A stretch of 62,792 bases of DNA, counting the filler. It is 6 parts of 6 records of this genome, joined end to end, with 100 filler letters (N's around TTAATTAATTAA, not from the genome) between each part and the next. Parts side by side here need not be neighbours in the genome. Positions count along the whole stretch, not along the records: positions 39,125 to 50,251 come from SRR31156797_6350; positions 50,352 to 57,523 come from SRR31156797_6356; positions 57,624 to 62,792 come from SRR31156797_6363; 3 more parts are not named here. One strand, 5' to 3'. The translations under genes were made by a program, and so were the position numbers. The notes under the pieces were generated by a model. It searched no databases. It was not told where the DNA came from and saw nothing but the letters and a program-made list of their open reading frames with translations. Shown piece after piece: positions 47,775 through 58,115 of this stretch (position 1 is its first letter; each line of letters opens with the position of its first letter).

Positions 47775-48806
47775 TTATATTCTTTTAACTGATTCTCTTC
47801 CTACTAATTCAGGATTAATCTTAATCAACTCATTTTTATTCGTACCATCTTTGTGCATCATATCCATTAATTTCTCAACAGCTAATTTTGCCATTTTATC
47901 AATTGGCTGCCTAACTGTTGTCAGATAAGGATGAAAATACTGCCCCAGCTCCAGATCATCATATCCCATAATTGATATATCTTCCGGCACTCTATACCCC
48001 AGCTCATTTAGAGCTTTTAGTGCACCAATCGCCATAATATCACTGTGAAAAAATATTGCACTTACTTTTGTTAACAACTCTTTATTTTGCATAATAGCAG
48101 CATATGTTCCGTGAAAAGTAACTTCACTATCTATTATTAAGTTTTTATCTAGGGGAATATTGTTTTCTTGCAGTGCTTTAAAATAGCCTTCTGATCTCTC
48201 TCTAAATTCGTGTAGATTAGTCTCCATAGATTGAACAAGCATAACTTTTTTATGCCCACATCTAATTAAATAATCCACAGCTTCAAATCCACCTTTTACA
48301 TGATCACAATAAACGGTTGTAGATTCTATCTCTACATATTGAGGTCTGTTATGTAAAAATACATGTGGAATATTATGTTTTAGAATATACTCATAATCTG
48401 AACTTGTAATGAAAGGTGCGGATAAAATCAGCCCGTCTACCTTTTTCCTATCTATTATTCGCTGGATATTACTTTTTTTATTAAATCTATTTTCCGGAAA
48501 TTCAATAATAGTATCATAATTATATCTTTCTATATTGAACTGTACTTTCTTCATCATAATATTAAGAAATAATCCTGCAACTGCTTCATCGAAGTTCTCC
48601 GGAAAGATAACTCCGATTGTTTCTGTTTTGTTAGATGAGCTTAATCCCCTCGCATTTGAATTAAACTCAAATCCCATTTCTTTAGCTATTTTCTTTATTC
48701 TCTCTTTTGTAGCATCAGATACACCAGGTTTGTCGTTTAGGCTCCTTGACACTGTTGAATGGTTAACTCCTGCTATCTTTGCTATGTCCTTTATTGTTAT
48801 ACCCAT
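47775..48806 (-). CDS. LacI-family transcriptional regulator
   Basis: 'TIKDIAKIAGVNHSTVSRSLN', 'VPEDISIMGYDD', 'LTTVRQP'. Confidence 0.95.
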   Translation of the reverse strand: MGITIKDIAKIAGVNHSTVSRSLNDKPGVSDATKERIKKIAKEMGFEFNSNARGLSSSNKTETIGVIFPENFDEAVAGLFLNIMMKKVQFNIERYNYDTIIEFPENRFNKKSNIQRIIDRKKVDGLILSAPFITSSDYEYILKHNIPHVFLHNRPQYVEIESTTVYCDHVKGGFEAVDYLIRCGHKKVMLVQSMETNLHEFRERSEGYFKALQENNIPLDKNLIIDSEVTFHGTYAAIMQNKELLTKVSAIFFHSDIMAIGALKALNELGYRVPEDISIMGYDDLELGQYFHPYLTTVRQPIDKMAKLAVEKLMDMMHKDGTNKNELIKINPELVGRESVKRI

Positions 48807-48821
48807 GACTTCCTTCCTTTC

Positions 48822-48871
48822 CGCACACTTGTGCGTAATCTAATTCTATTATATTTGTTCGGAAAAGTCAA
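48822..48871 (-). promoter_or_regulatory. lacI-family promoter with operator
   Basis: TTGACT-N17-TAGAAT on the minus strand. Palindrome CGCACA-CT-TGTGCG at 48822-48835. Confidence 0.65.
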
Positions 48872-48934
48872 TTTTTTTTTATCTCTCGAACACCCTTATT
48901 TTACTGGGTTTTGTAATTTATTGAAAATAAAGTG

Positions 48935-48994
48935 TTGACATTTGTTTTATAATAGAGTATAAATATATCACAAGGATATGCGCAAACGCGTGCG
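48935..48994 (+). promoter_or_regulatory. Sugar-ABC promoter with LacI-type operator
   Basis: TTGACA-N17-TATAAA, then CGCAAA-CG-CGTGCG at 48981-48994. Confidence 0.65.
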
Positions 48995-49168
48995 TTGACA
49001 TGGACAGTGAATGAAGAATTTGATGTCCGGATTTGGTCATTTTGCATTAATTCTGTTCTTATTAAGTTTAAATATAACTATGATCAATCCTATTTAGTCA
49101 AAAACTGTAATTTATTTGTCCAATTTAAATTTTAATAGTTTATTTTAATTTTGAAGGAGGATTTTTTT

Positions 49169-50251
49169 ATGAAATTTTCAAAGAAAATTTTATTGTCAGT
49201 ATTAATGGTGGTTTTAGCAGCAACATCTTTTGCAAAAACAAAGTTAAATTTATTTATGTACAAGCAGGAAATTGTTAGTCAATTCAAAGAGATAATCGAT
49301 GAATTCGAAAAAGACTATCCTGATATTGAAATCGACGTAGAAATTGCACCAAACGATTCAATGACAGTATTAAAGACAAAATTAGTTGGTGGACAAGCAC
49401 CTGACATTATTCAATTAGCGGCATACGCAAACGTGTTCGAGTTTGCAAAAGCTGGATGGTTAGAAGATATCTCAAGAGAACCTGTTATTAAAAAATTAAA
49501 TGATGGAACTCTTAACTCAGTTACTTATAACAACAGAGTATACTCGCTTCCAATGGATGTTGCTGGAATCGGTATCATTTATAACAAAAAAATCTTTAAA
49601 GAGTATGGATTAACTCCACCAAAAACATATAAAGAACTAAGACAAGTTTCAAAAGTTCTTAAAAGAAACGGTGTAACTCCATTTGCAGGATTATTCAAAG
49701 CTAACTGGTCATTAGGACACTTCTTATCAATGGTTCACTCAACTTTAGCTGGTGAAGATTTATTAGAATGGATCGAAGCTATGAATGAAGGAGAAGCTTC
49801 ATTTGGAGATCCGGTTGACTCTGATGAATTATTCGCACTACTTGATTTCTACAGAGATAACGTAGATCAAAAAGCGGCTGAAATGGACTGGAATGAACAA
49901 CAAGCTTCATTTGCAAGTGAAGAAGCTGCAATGATGGTTCAAGGTTTATGGTCTTATGGAGCTGCAATTGGAACTAACCCTAACTTAGACTGTGGATTCG
50001 TTCCATTCCCAGTTAATAACAACGAAGAAGATACTAAAATGTTCGCAGACGTAGATTCAACATTTGCAATTGCTAAAAACATTCCTAGAAGAAATAAAAA
50101 AGCAGCAAAAACATTCTTAAACTGGTTATCTACTGATAAAGCTGTTAAATTATGGGTTGAAAAAGCTAAACTTGTTCCTACATTTAAAGGTGCAGACGTT
50201 TCAAGCATGAAGCAACCATTCCAAGACTTAATGTCATATGTTCAATCTGGA
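49169..50251 (+). CDS. Sugar ABC transporter substrate-binding protein (MsmE/raffinose-like, 3'-truncated)
   Basis: Signal peptide; 'APDIIQL', 'GIIYNKKIFKEYGLTPPKTY', 'AAMMVQGLW'. Confidence 0.88.
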
Positions 50252-50351
50252 NNNNNNNNNNNNNNNNNNNNNNNNNNNNNNNNNNNNNNNNNNNNTTAAT
50301 TAATTAANNNNNNNNNNNNNNNNNNNNNNNNNNNNNNNNNNNNNNNNNNNN
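50252..50351. other. Artificial contig linker
   Basis: N44-TTAATTAATTAA-N44. Confidence 0.98.
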
Positions 50352-50989
50352 TATATGCCATAGCCCTCGAGCCACTGCCTGTAGGCATTGTCCTCGGAGG
50401 CCGTTCTGAGCAGGGAGATCATCAGGGTCTTCATTTCATCCGCCGAGACGGGAGGCTCCTCGGAGGGCGAGCTCCTGTAGACGGATTTCATAAGATCAGG
50501 CAGAACCGGAGGGAGGGGGAGGGCGCTGTACCCTTCGTCTGTGGAGAACCAGGACGAAGCGTCCCTGTGAACGCTCTTCAGGGAATCCTTTGTGACGCTG
50601 CTTGCCAGCTCAATATGCATGTCCCTGTTGCGCTTGAAAAAGAGGGTTCCGAACACGCGGCCCCTTACCTTTATCTCTTCGCTCCACAGCGCAGTGTACG
50701 GGGTTTTCAGGCTGATGGTCCGATTTCCGCGGGGGACGAAATAGCGGCCGGGAGTGGCTCCCAGGCGGATATCGTCGGCATAGACGGAGGCTCCGGGAGG
50801 GCTGGAGCTAAAGCTGTACCATGTCCCGTTATTCATCAGGCCCGGAAGGAAAAAGACAAGGAAGAACAGCGTCAGGGCAAGTGCGAGGTAAATCCCCTTT
50901 ATATAATGCTCCGGCTTGATTCCGAATAAGGGTTTGAGGGTTACTTTGAGGTCGTTGAGTTCTTCTTCCGTGAGCGCCGTTTTCTTCAT
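50352..50989 (-). CDS. Membrane-anchored protein with PEGA-like domain (3'-truncated)
   Basis: One TM, then 'FSSSPPGASVYADDIRLGATP'. Confidence 0.65.
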
Positions 50990-51079
50990 AGCAGGATTAT
51001 AGGAAAGTCTATATAGACTTGTCAACGCAGAAGCTTCCGTGGTAATTTTTCAAAAGCAGTATGTAAACGCAGGCGGAGC

Positions 51080-52060
51080 ATGGATAATCTTTCACAGAAA
51101 CTTATCGTATTCACAGAAAAAATATTGACAGCCAGAAAGGTCAGAAACTATAGAAAGAAAAAGAGGCAGGAGGCGAAGAATCCGGTTCTGGACTGGGTCG
51201 AAGCCTTCCTCTGGGCCGCCATGGTGGTCCTGCTGATCAATCAGTATCTTTTCCAGGCCTATCAGATCCCTTCCGGTTCTATGAAGGATACCCTCCTTAT
51301 AAAGGACCGTATCTTCGTCAATAAGATCATCTACGGACCGGAACTCCTTCCGGGTATGTTCAAGGTGCCCGGCGTAAAGATTCCCCAGCGGGGCGAGGTC
51401 ATCATCTTCGAGAATCCCGAATACCTTTCCCGCGGCCCCGTGTTCGATATCACCCAGAGGATACTCTATATGCTGACCCTCTCCATGGTGGACATCGACA
51501 AGGACGAGAACGGGAATCCCAAAGCCCACTTCCTGATCAAGCGTCAGGTGTTGCAGGACGGCGATATTTACCGCCAGGACAAGGGGAATCTGGAGATCAA
51601 GGCCCGGGGGGAGTCCGATTTTATCGCCGAGGAAGAGTTCAAGGCCCTGTCCGGCCTCAGCTACGGGAACAAAAGGATGGCCGACGAAGAGGACTATCCG
51701 GTCTTCCGGGCTTACGGCGAGGCCTTGGCTCTTAAGCAGGAGAACCTGCCCATCCCCGCGTCCCTGGGGAGAACCGCATCCGCCGTGGACGGCGTCAGAT
51801 ACAAGGATCCTCTGGAGATGGATATGTGGCGGCAGATGAAGCGCTATCAGATCCAGCCCGACAATATGAGCGCCTACGCCAGATGGAAGAAGGCCTCTGA
51901 CACGGGGTATTACATTCCCATCGCTTCGGTCCTTCCCATGGGGGACAACCGGGACAACTCCAATGACGGCCGATACTTCGGTCACGTCGCCAAAGACAAG
52001 ATCCTGGGGAAGGCCATGTTCAAATACTGGCCCGTCGCCAGAGTGGGAATGATCCGCTAG
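51080..52060 (+). CDS. lepB: Signal peptidase I
   Basis: 'IPSGSM..TL', 'LIKR', 'GDNRDNSNDGRYFG'. Confidence 0.92.
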   Translation: MDNLSQKLIVFTEKILTARKVRNYRKKKRQEAKNPVLDWVEAFLWAAMVVLLINQYLFQAYQIPSGSMKDTLLIKDRIFVNKIIYGPELLPGMFKVPGVKIPQRGEVIIFENPEYLSRGPVFDITQRILYMLTLSMVDIDKDENGNPKAHFLIKRQVLQDGDIYRQDKGNLEIKARGESDFIAEEEFKALSGLSYGNKRMADEEDYPVFRAYGEALALKQENLPIPASLGRTASAVDGVRYKDPLEMDMWRQMKRYQIQPDNMSAYARWKKASDTGYYIPIASVLPMGDNRDNSNDGRYFGHVAKDKILGKAMFKYWPVARVGMIR

Positions 52061-52800
52061 TGCTGGGAAACACAGGCCGGAGAGGGCGCTCTTACAAGGA
52101 ACGGAAACAGATCACCGCCCGCCGGGCCAGAAGGGTCGTGCTCTCTCTGCTGCTCTTCACCCTCTATCTCGTGTTCTCCCATTCCGTCTCCACCCCTCTG
52201 AAGGTGACAGGTTCGTCCATGGCCCCGTCCCTTGCGCCGGGAGAGCGCATTCTCTATTCCCAGCTCCTTCTGGAAGCCCAGAGCCGGTTCAGCAGCTGGG
52301 GAAACTTCGGTATCGGGAGAGGGGATCTCCTGGTGCTCTCTCCGCCCTATTACAGAGACGAACAGCCCATTCTGGACTTTCTGAACCCCTTTGTCCGCTT
52401 TTTCACGCTTCAGAAGCTTCAGTTCAGTTCCTACTCCCGCCCTCTGTGGGAGAAGAACCTTCTGATCAAACGCGTCATAGCCCTGCCGGGTGACACGGTG
52501 AAGATCATGAATCATCGGGCCTACGTCAAAACCCCGGATTCGGATCTCTTTGTTCCGGAGGAGAGTTTCAATGCCGATTACTCTCTGAATAAGCTTGATC
52601 TTCCCTCTCTGTGGCTGCCGGGAGATCCCATGGACGGCAGTTATGAAGAGCTGACCCTGGGGGATGACGAGTACTTCGTTCTGGGTGATTCCAGAGGGCA
52701 GGGAAGCGATTCCTATCTCTGGGGGCCCTTGAAGCGGGACCGCATACTGGGGAAGGTCTTTTTCCGGTACTGGCCCTTCACAGCCTTTTCCTTTCTGTAG
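52060..52800 (+). CDS. lepB: Signal peptidase I (second copy)
   Basis: 'GSSMAPSL', 'IKRVIALPGD', 'YFVLGDSR..GSDS..WGP'. Confidence 0.88.
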   Translation: MLGNTGRRGRSYKERKQITARRARRVVLSLLLFTLYLVFSHSVSTPLKVTGSSMAPSLAPGERILYSQLLLEAQSRFSSWGNFGIGRGDLLVLSPPYYRDEQPILDFLNPFVRFFTLQKLQFSSYSRPLWEKNLLIKRVIALPGDTVKIMNHRAYVKTPDSDLFVPEESFNADYSLNKLDLPSLWLPGDPMDGSYEELTLGDDEYFVLGDSRGQGSDSYLWGPLKRDRILGKVFFRYWPFTAFSFL

Positions 52801-52812
52801 AGTCCCTTCGTC

Positions 52813-53997
52813 ATGTCCGGCACTCAGGCAGCCCTTTACCTTCACTTTCCCTTCTGCAAGGTGAAATGCGATTACTGCGATTTTTACTCCGTATGCGATC
52901 TCTCCCTTCAGAAAGAGTATTTTCATTCCCTCTCCCGTCAGATCGCCTCTCTTAAATCCGAGTACCGAATAGAATCATACGAAACCCTATATGTCGGCGG
53001 CGGAACCCCCGGCCTGGCCGATCCGGAATTGCTGGAAATCCTTTTTGAGGAAATAGCCTGTCAGAACGGAGGCTCCCTGCCGGAGGAGGTGACCCTGGAG
53101 TGTAATCCCCGCAATGTCAGCCGGGAGAGCCTGAGGGCCTGGAGGGATAGGGGGGTAAACCGCCTCAGTCTGGGAGTACAGACCTTTCGGGATGCCTTTC
53201 TGGCGAAGGCGGGGCGCAGGAGCAGCAGGAAGGGGATACTGTCGGCCCTGGAGCAGATCAGGGAAGACGGGGGATTCAGGCTCAATATCGATCTGATCCA
53301 GGGACTGCCGGGAATGGACGGGAAGGATCAGCTGGCCGATCTGAACGAGGCCCTCTCGTACTCTCCCGATCATATATCCTGGTACGGGCTGATCCTCGAA
53401 GAGGGGACGCCCCTTGCGGAAGAGTGGGAAACGCGCCGCACGGGAGTGGAGGATGAGGACGAGTCAGTCTGGGAAGCGGGTTGCCGTCTTCTGGAGGAAA
53501 AGGGCCTGATGCGCTATGAGATTTCCAATTTCTGTCGGCCGGGCTGTGAGAGCCGCCATAACAGCATGTACTGGATGATGAAGCCCTACCTGGGCTGCGG
53601 TCCCGCCGCCGTCTCCATGCTGCCCCGGTCCGGGGAAGGTCCCGTTCGTTTCAGGACGAAAGAGGATCTGCCGGCCTATGCCGCCGGCGAATGGTCGTAT
53701 ACGGAGAACGAAGTCCTCGCTCCCGCTGATTTTCTCAAAGACTTTCTGCTGATGGGGCTGCGTCTGGCAGGGGGTATCGATCGATCCCGCTTCAAGGGGA
53801 TCTTCGGCATAGACTGGGGGGCGCTTTTCCCCCGGGCCCTGGAACGCTGGTGCGCCGCGGGCCTCCTCGTTCAGGACGATGCCGGGCTGCGGGCGAGCGC
53901 GGCGGGAATGGATCTTCTGAATACCCTCCTCGTCTCCCTGTTCGCTGAGCTGGAAGAGAAGGATCTGTCCGGCCTGTCCTGCCGTTTCCCCTCCTGA
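52813..53997 (+). CDS. hemW: Radical SAM heme chaperone HemW (HemN-like)
   Basis: 'LYLHFPFCKVKCDYCDF', 'GGGTP', 'YEISNF', 'HNSMYW'. Confidence 0.88.
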   Translation: MSGTQAALYLHFPFCKVKCDYCDFYSVCDLSLQKEYFHSLSRQIASLKSEYRIESYETLYVGGGTPGLADPELLEILFEEIACQNGGSLPEEVTLECNPRNVSRESLRAWRDRGVNRLSLGVQTFRDAFLAKAGRRSSRKGILSALEQIREDGGFRLNIDLIQGLPGMDGKDQLADLNEALSYSPDHISWYGLILEEGTPLAEEWETRRTGVEDEDESVWEAGCRLLEEKGLMRYEISNFCRPGCESRHNSMYWMMKPYLGCGPAAVSMLPRSGEGPVRFRTKEDLPAYAAGEWSYTENEVLAPADFLKDFLLMGLRLAGGIDRSRFKGIFGIDWGALFPRALERWCAAGLLVQDDAGLRASAAGMDLLNTLLVSLFAELEEKDLSGLSCRFPS

Positions 53998-54055
53998 TTA
54001 TATGATTTCGCAGAAAGACGGCGAGAAGGGCCTGTGGGAAGGGCCGGGTGGATTC

Positions 54056-54085
54056 TTGACAGTCTATTTTTGACTGTGATAATCT
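54056..54085 (+). promoter_or_regulatory. Sigma70 promoter of yebC-ruvCAB-queA with an overlapping inverted repeat
   Basis: TTGACA (54056) ... TGTGATAAT. ACAGTC-N7-GACTGT at 54059-54077. Confidence 0.6.
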
Positions 54086-54106
54086 TTGCTGGATTTACTG
54101 GAGACT

Positions 54107-54187
54107 AAGGCTTTACCCTGTAAAGGCTTTGACAGCACTGGAAGCCCCGGGAGGCTCTGCTTTCAAACCACCGAAGGTGGTTGGTGC
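54107..54187 (+). ncRNA. Candidate structured 5' leader of yebC
   Basis: CTTTAC/GTAAAG hairpin. GCACT/GGTGC closes AGCC/GGCT and AACCACC-GAA-GGTGGTT hairpins. Confidence 0.35.
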
Positions 54188-54236
54188 ATCTTAACTCATA
54201 ATGAAATCAATAACGTAAAAGTTTTAAGGAGATACA

Positions 54237-54977
54237 ATGTCAGGTCATAGTAAATGGCATACCATTAAGCATAAGAAGGGCGCTGCCGATGCCAAAAGAG
54301 GAAAACTCTTTACCAAGATTATCAAGGAGATCACCGTATGCGCCCGTATGGGCGGAGGCGATCTGGAGTCCAACGCCGCCCTGAGAACCGTGGTTCTCAA
54401 GGCCAAAGCGGCCAACATGCCCAAGGACAACATTGAGAAGGCGATCAAGAAGGGAACCGGAGATCTTGACGGTGTGGACTACATCGAGCTCCAGTACGAA
54501 GCCTACGCTCCCGGCGGAGTCGGTCTTCTGATATCCACCCTGACAGACAACAAGAACAGAACCGCCGCGGACGTCCGTTCCATCCTGAACAAGGGCGGGG
54601 GATCCCTGGCCGCCACCGGAGCCGTATCCTACCAGTTCAACAGAAAGGGAGTCATCGCCTACAGCTCTGAGAATGTTGATTTCGACAGCCTCTTCGAGTC
54701 TGCACTGGAAGCGGGAGCCGAGGATGTGACCGAAGAGGACGGCGCCATCGAGGTCATCACCGAGCCCGGCGATTTCGAGGCCGTTCTGACCGCCCTTCAG
54801 GAAGCGGGGTTTGAGCAGATCAGCGCCGACGTAACCATGGTTCCCGACAACCAGGTTACCCTGGAAAACGAGGCCACCGGAAAGGTCCTCAGACTGATCG
54901 AAAGACTGGAAGACAACGACGACGTGCAGGATGTGGCGAGCAACCTGGACGTTCCCGCTGACTTCGAAATGGAATAA
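54237..54977 (+). CDS. yebC: YebC/PmpR family protein
   Basis: 'MSGHSKWHTIKHKK', 'NMPKDNIEKAI', 'LEDNDDVQDV'. Confidence 0.97.
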   Translation: MSGHSKWHTIKHKKGAADAKRGKLFTKIIKEITVCARMGGGDLESNAALRTVVLKAKAANMPKDNIEKAIKKGTGDLDGVDYIELQYEAYAPGGVGLLISTLTDNKNRTAADVRSILNKGGGSLAATGAVSYQFNRKGVIAYSSENVDFDSLFESALEAGAEDVTEEDGAIEVITEPGDFEAVLTALQEAGFEQISADVTMVPDNQVTLENEATGKVLRLIERLEDNDDVQDVASNLDVPADFEME

Positions 54978-55456
54978 TGTCTCCCATTCTGGGAATAGAC
55001 CCCGGCCTGGCCCACGCCGGCTGGGGAGTTATTACTCACGACGGGATAAGAAGCCGGTATATTGCCCACGGTGTGATCAAGACTGATCCCAGAGCACCCA
55101 TGGCAGACCGGCTTCTTTGTCTTTACGAGGGTTTAAGCAAAGTCATAGAAGAGTACAGGCCCGGCTCCGCCGGCATCGAAACCCTCTATTTCGCCAAAAA
55201 CGTCAGCTCCGCCATGCCTGTGGCAGAGGCCCGGGGGGCTTTGATGCTTTGCATGGCCAAACATGGTATTGTTATCGGAGAGTATACCCCCATACAGATC
55301 AAACAGTCTGTTGTGGGGAACGGCCGGGCCGAGAAGCAACAGGTGCAGATGATGGTGGCCCTCCTTCTGAAACTGAGGGAAGCGCCAAGGCCCGACCATG
55401 CGGCGGACGCCCTGGCCGCGGCCCTCTGTCACGCCCATACGGGAGGTTTGAGTTGA
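54977..55456 (+). CDS. ruvC: Holliday junction resolvase RuvC
   Basis: 'ILGIDPG', 'EYTPIQIKQSVVGNGRAEKQQV', 'PDHAADALA'. Confidence 0.96.
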   Translation: MSPILGIDPGLAHAGWGVITHDGIRSRYIAHGVIKTDPRAPMADRLLCLYEGLSKVIEEYRPGSAGIETLYFAKNVSSAMPVAEARGALMLCMAKHGIVIGEYTPIQIKQSVVGNGRAEKQQVQMMVALLLKLREAPRPDHAADALAAALCHAHTGGLS

Positions 55457-56052
55457 TCAACAGCATACGCGGTATCGTAACGGAGAAGGGAGAGTCCTGG
55501 GTCTGTGTGGAAAACCAGGGCATGGAGTGGCAGCTCATCGCTTCCGGAGTCACCATCTCTTCCCTGCCCGCCGTGGGAGGCGAGGCCCGGGTCTTCACCT
55601 GGCTGTACCATAAGGAGGATATGATGGCTCTCTACGGCTTCTCCTCCGCAAGGGAACGGGCCCTTTTTCTGGATCTGATCTCCGTAAGCGGCGTGGGCCC
55701 CAAGGGCGCCGTGAAGATCCTCTCGGCCGTCCGCGCGGATCAGCTCATTCTCTATCTGGAGGAAGAGAACCTGGACGGTCTGGCTTCCCTGCCGGGACTG
55801 GGAAAGAAAACGGCGCAGAAGATCCTGCTTCAGCTGCGGGGCAAGCTGAGCTGGGACGAGGGGCCCGGCGCCGCCGGGGCGGCCGGTCCCGATGCGGAGT
55901 GGATCGAATCCCTTACGGCCATGGGCTTTGAGAAACGAAAGGTCCAGTCCGTGGTGAAGGCTCTTCTGAAGGATGATGCCGTCGCCTCTCTTCCCGCCGA
56001 CCGAAAGGAGCAGGAGATCCTGCGCCGCGCCATTGTGGAACTCAGTTCTTAA
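55453..56052 (+). CDS. ruvA: Holliday junction branch migration protein RuvA
   Basis: TTG start after GGAGG. 'MINSIRG', 'LYGF', 'VSGVGPKGA', 'PGLGKKTAQKI'. Confidence 0.95.
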   Translation: MINSIRGIVTEKGESWVCVENQGMEWQLIASGVTISSLPAVGGEARVFTWLYHKEDMMALYGFSSARERALFLDLISVSGVGPKGAVKILSAVRADQLILYLEEENLDGLASLPGLGKKTAQKILLQLRGKLSWDEGPGAAGAAGPDAEWIESLTAMGFEKRKVQSVVKALLKDDAVASLPADRKEQEILRRAIVELSS

Positions 56053-56067
56053 ATGAGGGATTGATCT

Positions 56068-57093
56068 ATGTCTGATGAAAGCCTGCTTTCGGGCATCCCC
56101 TTTCAGGGGGAGGAGCCCTCGGAAAACCCTATCCGCCCCAAGCTTCTGGGTGAGTTTCTGGGACAGGAGGACGTGAAGAACAACCTCCGGGTCTTTATAG
56201 AAGCCGCCAGGGGGCGTCAGGAGCCCTTAGACCATGTCTTCCTGTCAGGCCCTCCGGGGCTGGGAAAGACCACCCTGGCCGGCATTATGGCCAACGAGCT
56301 GGGCGTGGAGACCAAGGTCACTTCGGCTCCCGCCCTGGACAAGCCAAAGGACCTTGCCGGGCTGCTTACGACCATCACGGAAAGAACGGTGTTCTTCATC
56401 GACGAGATACACCGCCTTAAGCCCGCCATCGAGGAGATGCTCTACATCGCCATGGAGGATTACGAGCTGGACTGGATCATCGGCCAGGGGCCATCGGCCC
56501 GGACCATCCGCATCCCCGTCCCTCCCTTTACCCTGGTGGGGGCAACCACCAAGCCCGGGCGGGTTTCCAGCCCCCTTTATACCCGGTTCGGCATCAATGT
56601 CCGGATGAACTTCTACAATCTGGAGGAGCTTCAGATGATCGTCCGCCGCAGCGCGGGCATCCTGAACATCACCATCACCTCCGACGCCGCCCACATACTG
56701 GCCGGTTCCAGCCGGGGGACCCCCCGTGTGGCCAACAGGCTGCTCAGAAGGATGAGGGATTTCGCCCAGGTGGAGGGCGAGGGGATCATCACCTCCGAGA
56801 TCGTCCACGACGGGCTCAAGCGTCTGCAGGTGGACGAGCGGGGCCTGGAACGAATGGACCGGGATATCTTGAAGGCTCTGATCACCAAATACGGCGGAGG
56901 CCCCGTGGGGGCCGAAACACTGGCCATCTCGGTGGGGGAGAGCATGGACTCTCTGGAAGACTTCTACGAACCCTTCATGATTCAGCAGGGGTTCCTGAAG
57001 CGTACCCCCCGGGGGCGCGTGGCCACGCCGCTGGCCTACAAACACTTAGGAATGGATATTGCAAACGATGAAAATCAGGGACTTCTCTTTTAA
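56068..57093 (+). CDS. ruvB: Holliday junction DNA helicase RuvB
   Basis: '[11 protein letters not shown]', 'FIDEIHR', '[14 protein letters not shown]', 'RTPRGR'. Confidence 0.97.
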   Translation: MSDESLLSGIPFQGEEPSENPIRPKLLGEFLGQEDVKNNLRVFIEAARGRQEPLDHVFLSGPPGLGKTTLAGIMANELGVETKVTSAPALDKPKDLAGLLTTITERTVFFIDEIHRLKPAIEEMLYIAMEDYELDWIIGQGPSARTIRIPVPPFTLVGATTKPGRVSSPLYTRFGINVRMNFYNLEELQMIVRRSAGILNITITSDAAHILAGSSRGTPRVANRLLRRMRDFAQVEGEGIITSEIVHDGLKRLQVDERGLERMDRDILKALITKYGGGPVGAETLAISVGESMDSLEDFYEPFMIQQGFLKRTPRGRVATPLAYKHLGMDIANDENQGLLF

Positions 57094-57523
57094 TCTGCCC
57101 CCCGAACAGGTGGCCCAGCATCCCCCCGAGGTTCGGGGTACCGCGAAACTGATGGTTATGGACCGCAAAACAGGTGCGGTGGAGCATAAGAATATGCAGG
57201 ACTTTCCCGACCTGGTGGAGCCGGGCACCCTTGTGGTTTTCAACAATTCACGGGTGCGCAAGGCCCGCGTCTTCGGCCTGTCCAAGCACGGCGGCAAGGT
57301 GGAGTTCTTCTTCCTCAAGATACTTGAGAAGGACCTGTGGCTCTGCATGGTCTCCAAGGCCAAGAAGCAGAAGGTCGGTAAGGTCTTCGACTTCCCCGGC
57401 GGTCTGAAAGGGACGATCGAGGAGGAGGTGAGCTCCAATCACAGAAAGGTGCGCTTCTCCACTCCCGTGGACGATGACTATCTGGATGTTCACGGCCATA
57501 TCCCCCTGCCTCCCTATATCAAG
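57068..57523 (+). CDS. queA: tRNA preQ1(34) SAM ribosyltransferase-isomerase QueA (3'-truncated)
   Basis: '[15 protein letters not shown]', 'LVVFNNSRV', 'GHIPLPPYI'. Confidence 0.93.
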
Positions 57524-57623
57524 NNNNNNNNNNNNNNNNNNNNNNNNNNNNNNNNNNNNNNNNNNNNTTAATTAATTAANNNNNNNNNNNNNNNNNNNNN
57601 NNNNNNNNNNNNNNNNNNNNNNN
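57524..57623. other. Artificial contig linker
   Basis: N44-TTAATTAATTAA-N44. Confidence 0.98.
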
Positions 57624-58099
57624 ACGCCACCATCGAGGCGGCCCGGGCCGGGGCCGAGGGAAAAGGGTTCGCCGTGGTGGCTGGGGAGATCAAAAGCCTG
57701 GCCCAGCAGACCGCCGGGGCCACCCAGGAGATCAAGCAAACGATCATGAACATCCAGGACGCCACCCGGGAAACGGTTTCCGAAATCGAGGAGATCACCG
57801 GAGCCATCACCCATGTAAACGAAATGATCGATCATGTTGCCGCCTCGGTTGAAGAACAGTCCGCCACCACCGCGGAGATCGCCAGCAACGTGGGCCAGGC
57901 GGCCGACGGCATCCGGGAGGTCACCGGCAACATCACCCGCGGTTCGGACGCCGCCGCCCGCATCGCAACGGATATGGCGGACGTCAACCAGGCCTCCCAC
58001 CGTATGTCGGACAATGGATCAAAAATCAACGACAGTGCCGAAGAACTGAACCAATTGTCCCAACGGCTGAAACAAAAGGTGGATCAGTTCAAGGTTTAA
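57624..58099 (+). CDS. Methyl-accepting chemotaxis protein, C-terminal signalling domain (5'-truncated)
   Basis: '[26 protein letters not shown]', '[11 protein letters not shown]'. Confidence 0.93.
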
Positions 58100-58115
58100 C
58101 CCATGAGGAGCAATC

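Noticed and set aside
51080-52800. Tandem lepB genes as a novelty
   Set aside because: Tandem signal peptidase I genes are already known in spirochaetes.
55117-55452. 112-aa N-terminal extension of RuvA in the ORF track
   Set aside because: It overlaps ruvC. The real start is TTG 55453 after GGAGG.
7618-57623. Five identical N44-TTAATTAATTAA-N44 blocks as biological repeats, and gene neighbourhoods spanning them
   Set aside because: They are artificial all-frame-stop linkers. Composition and gene content change at each one, so no cross-linker association is valid.
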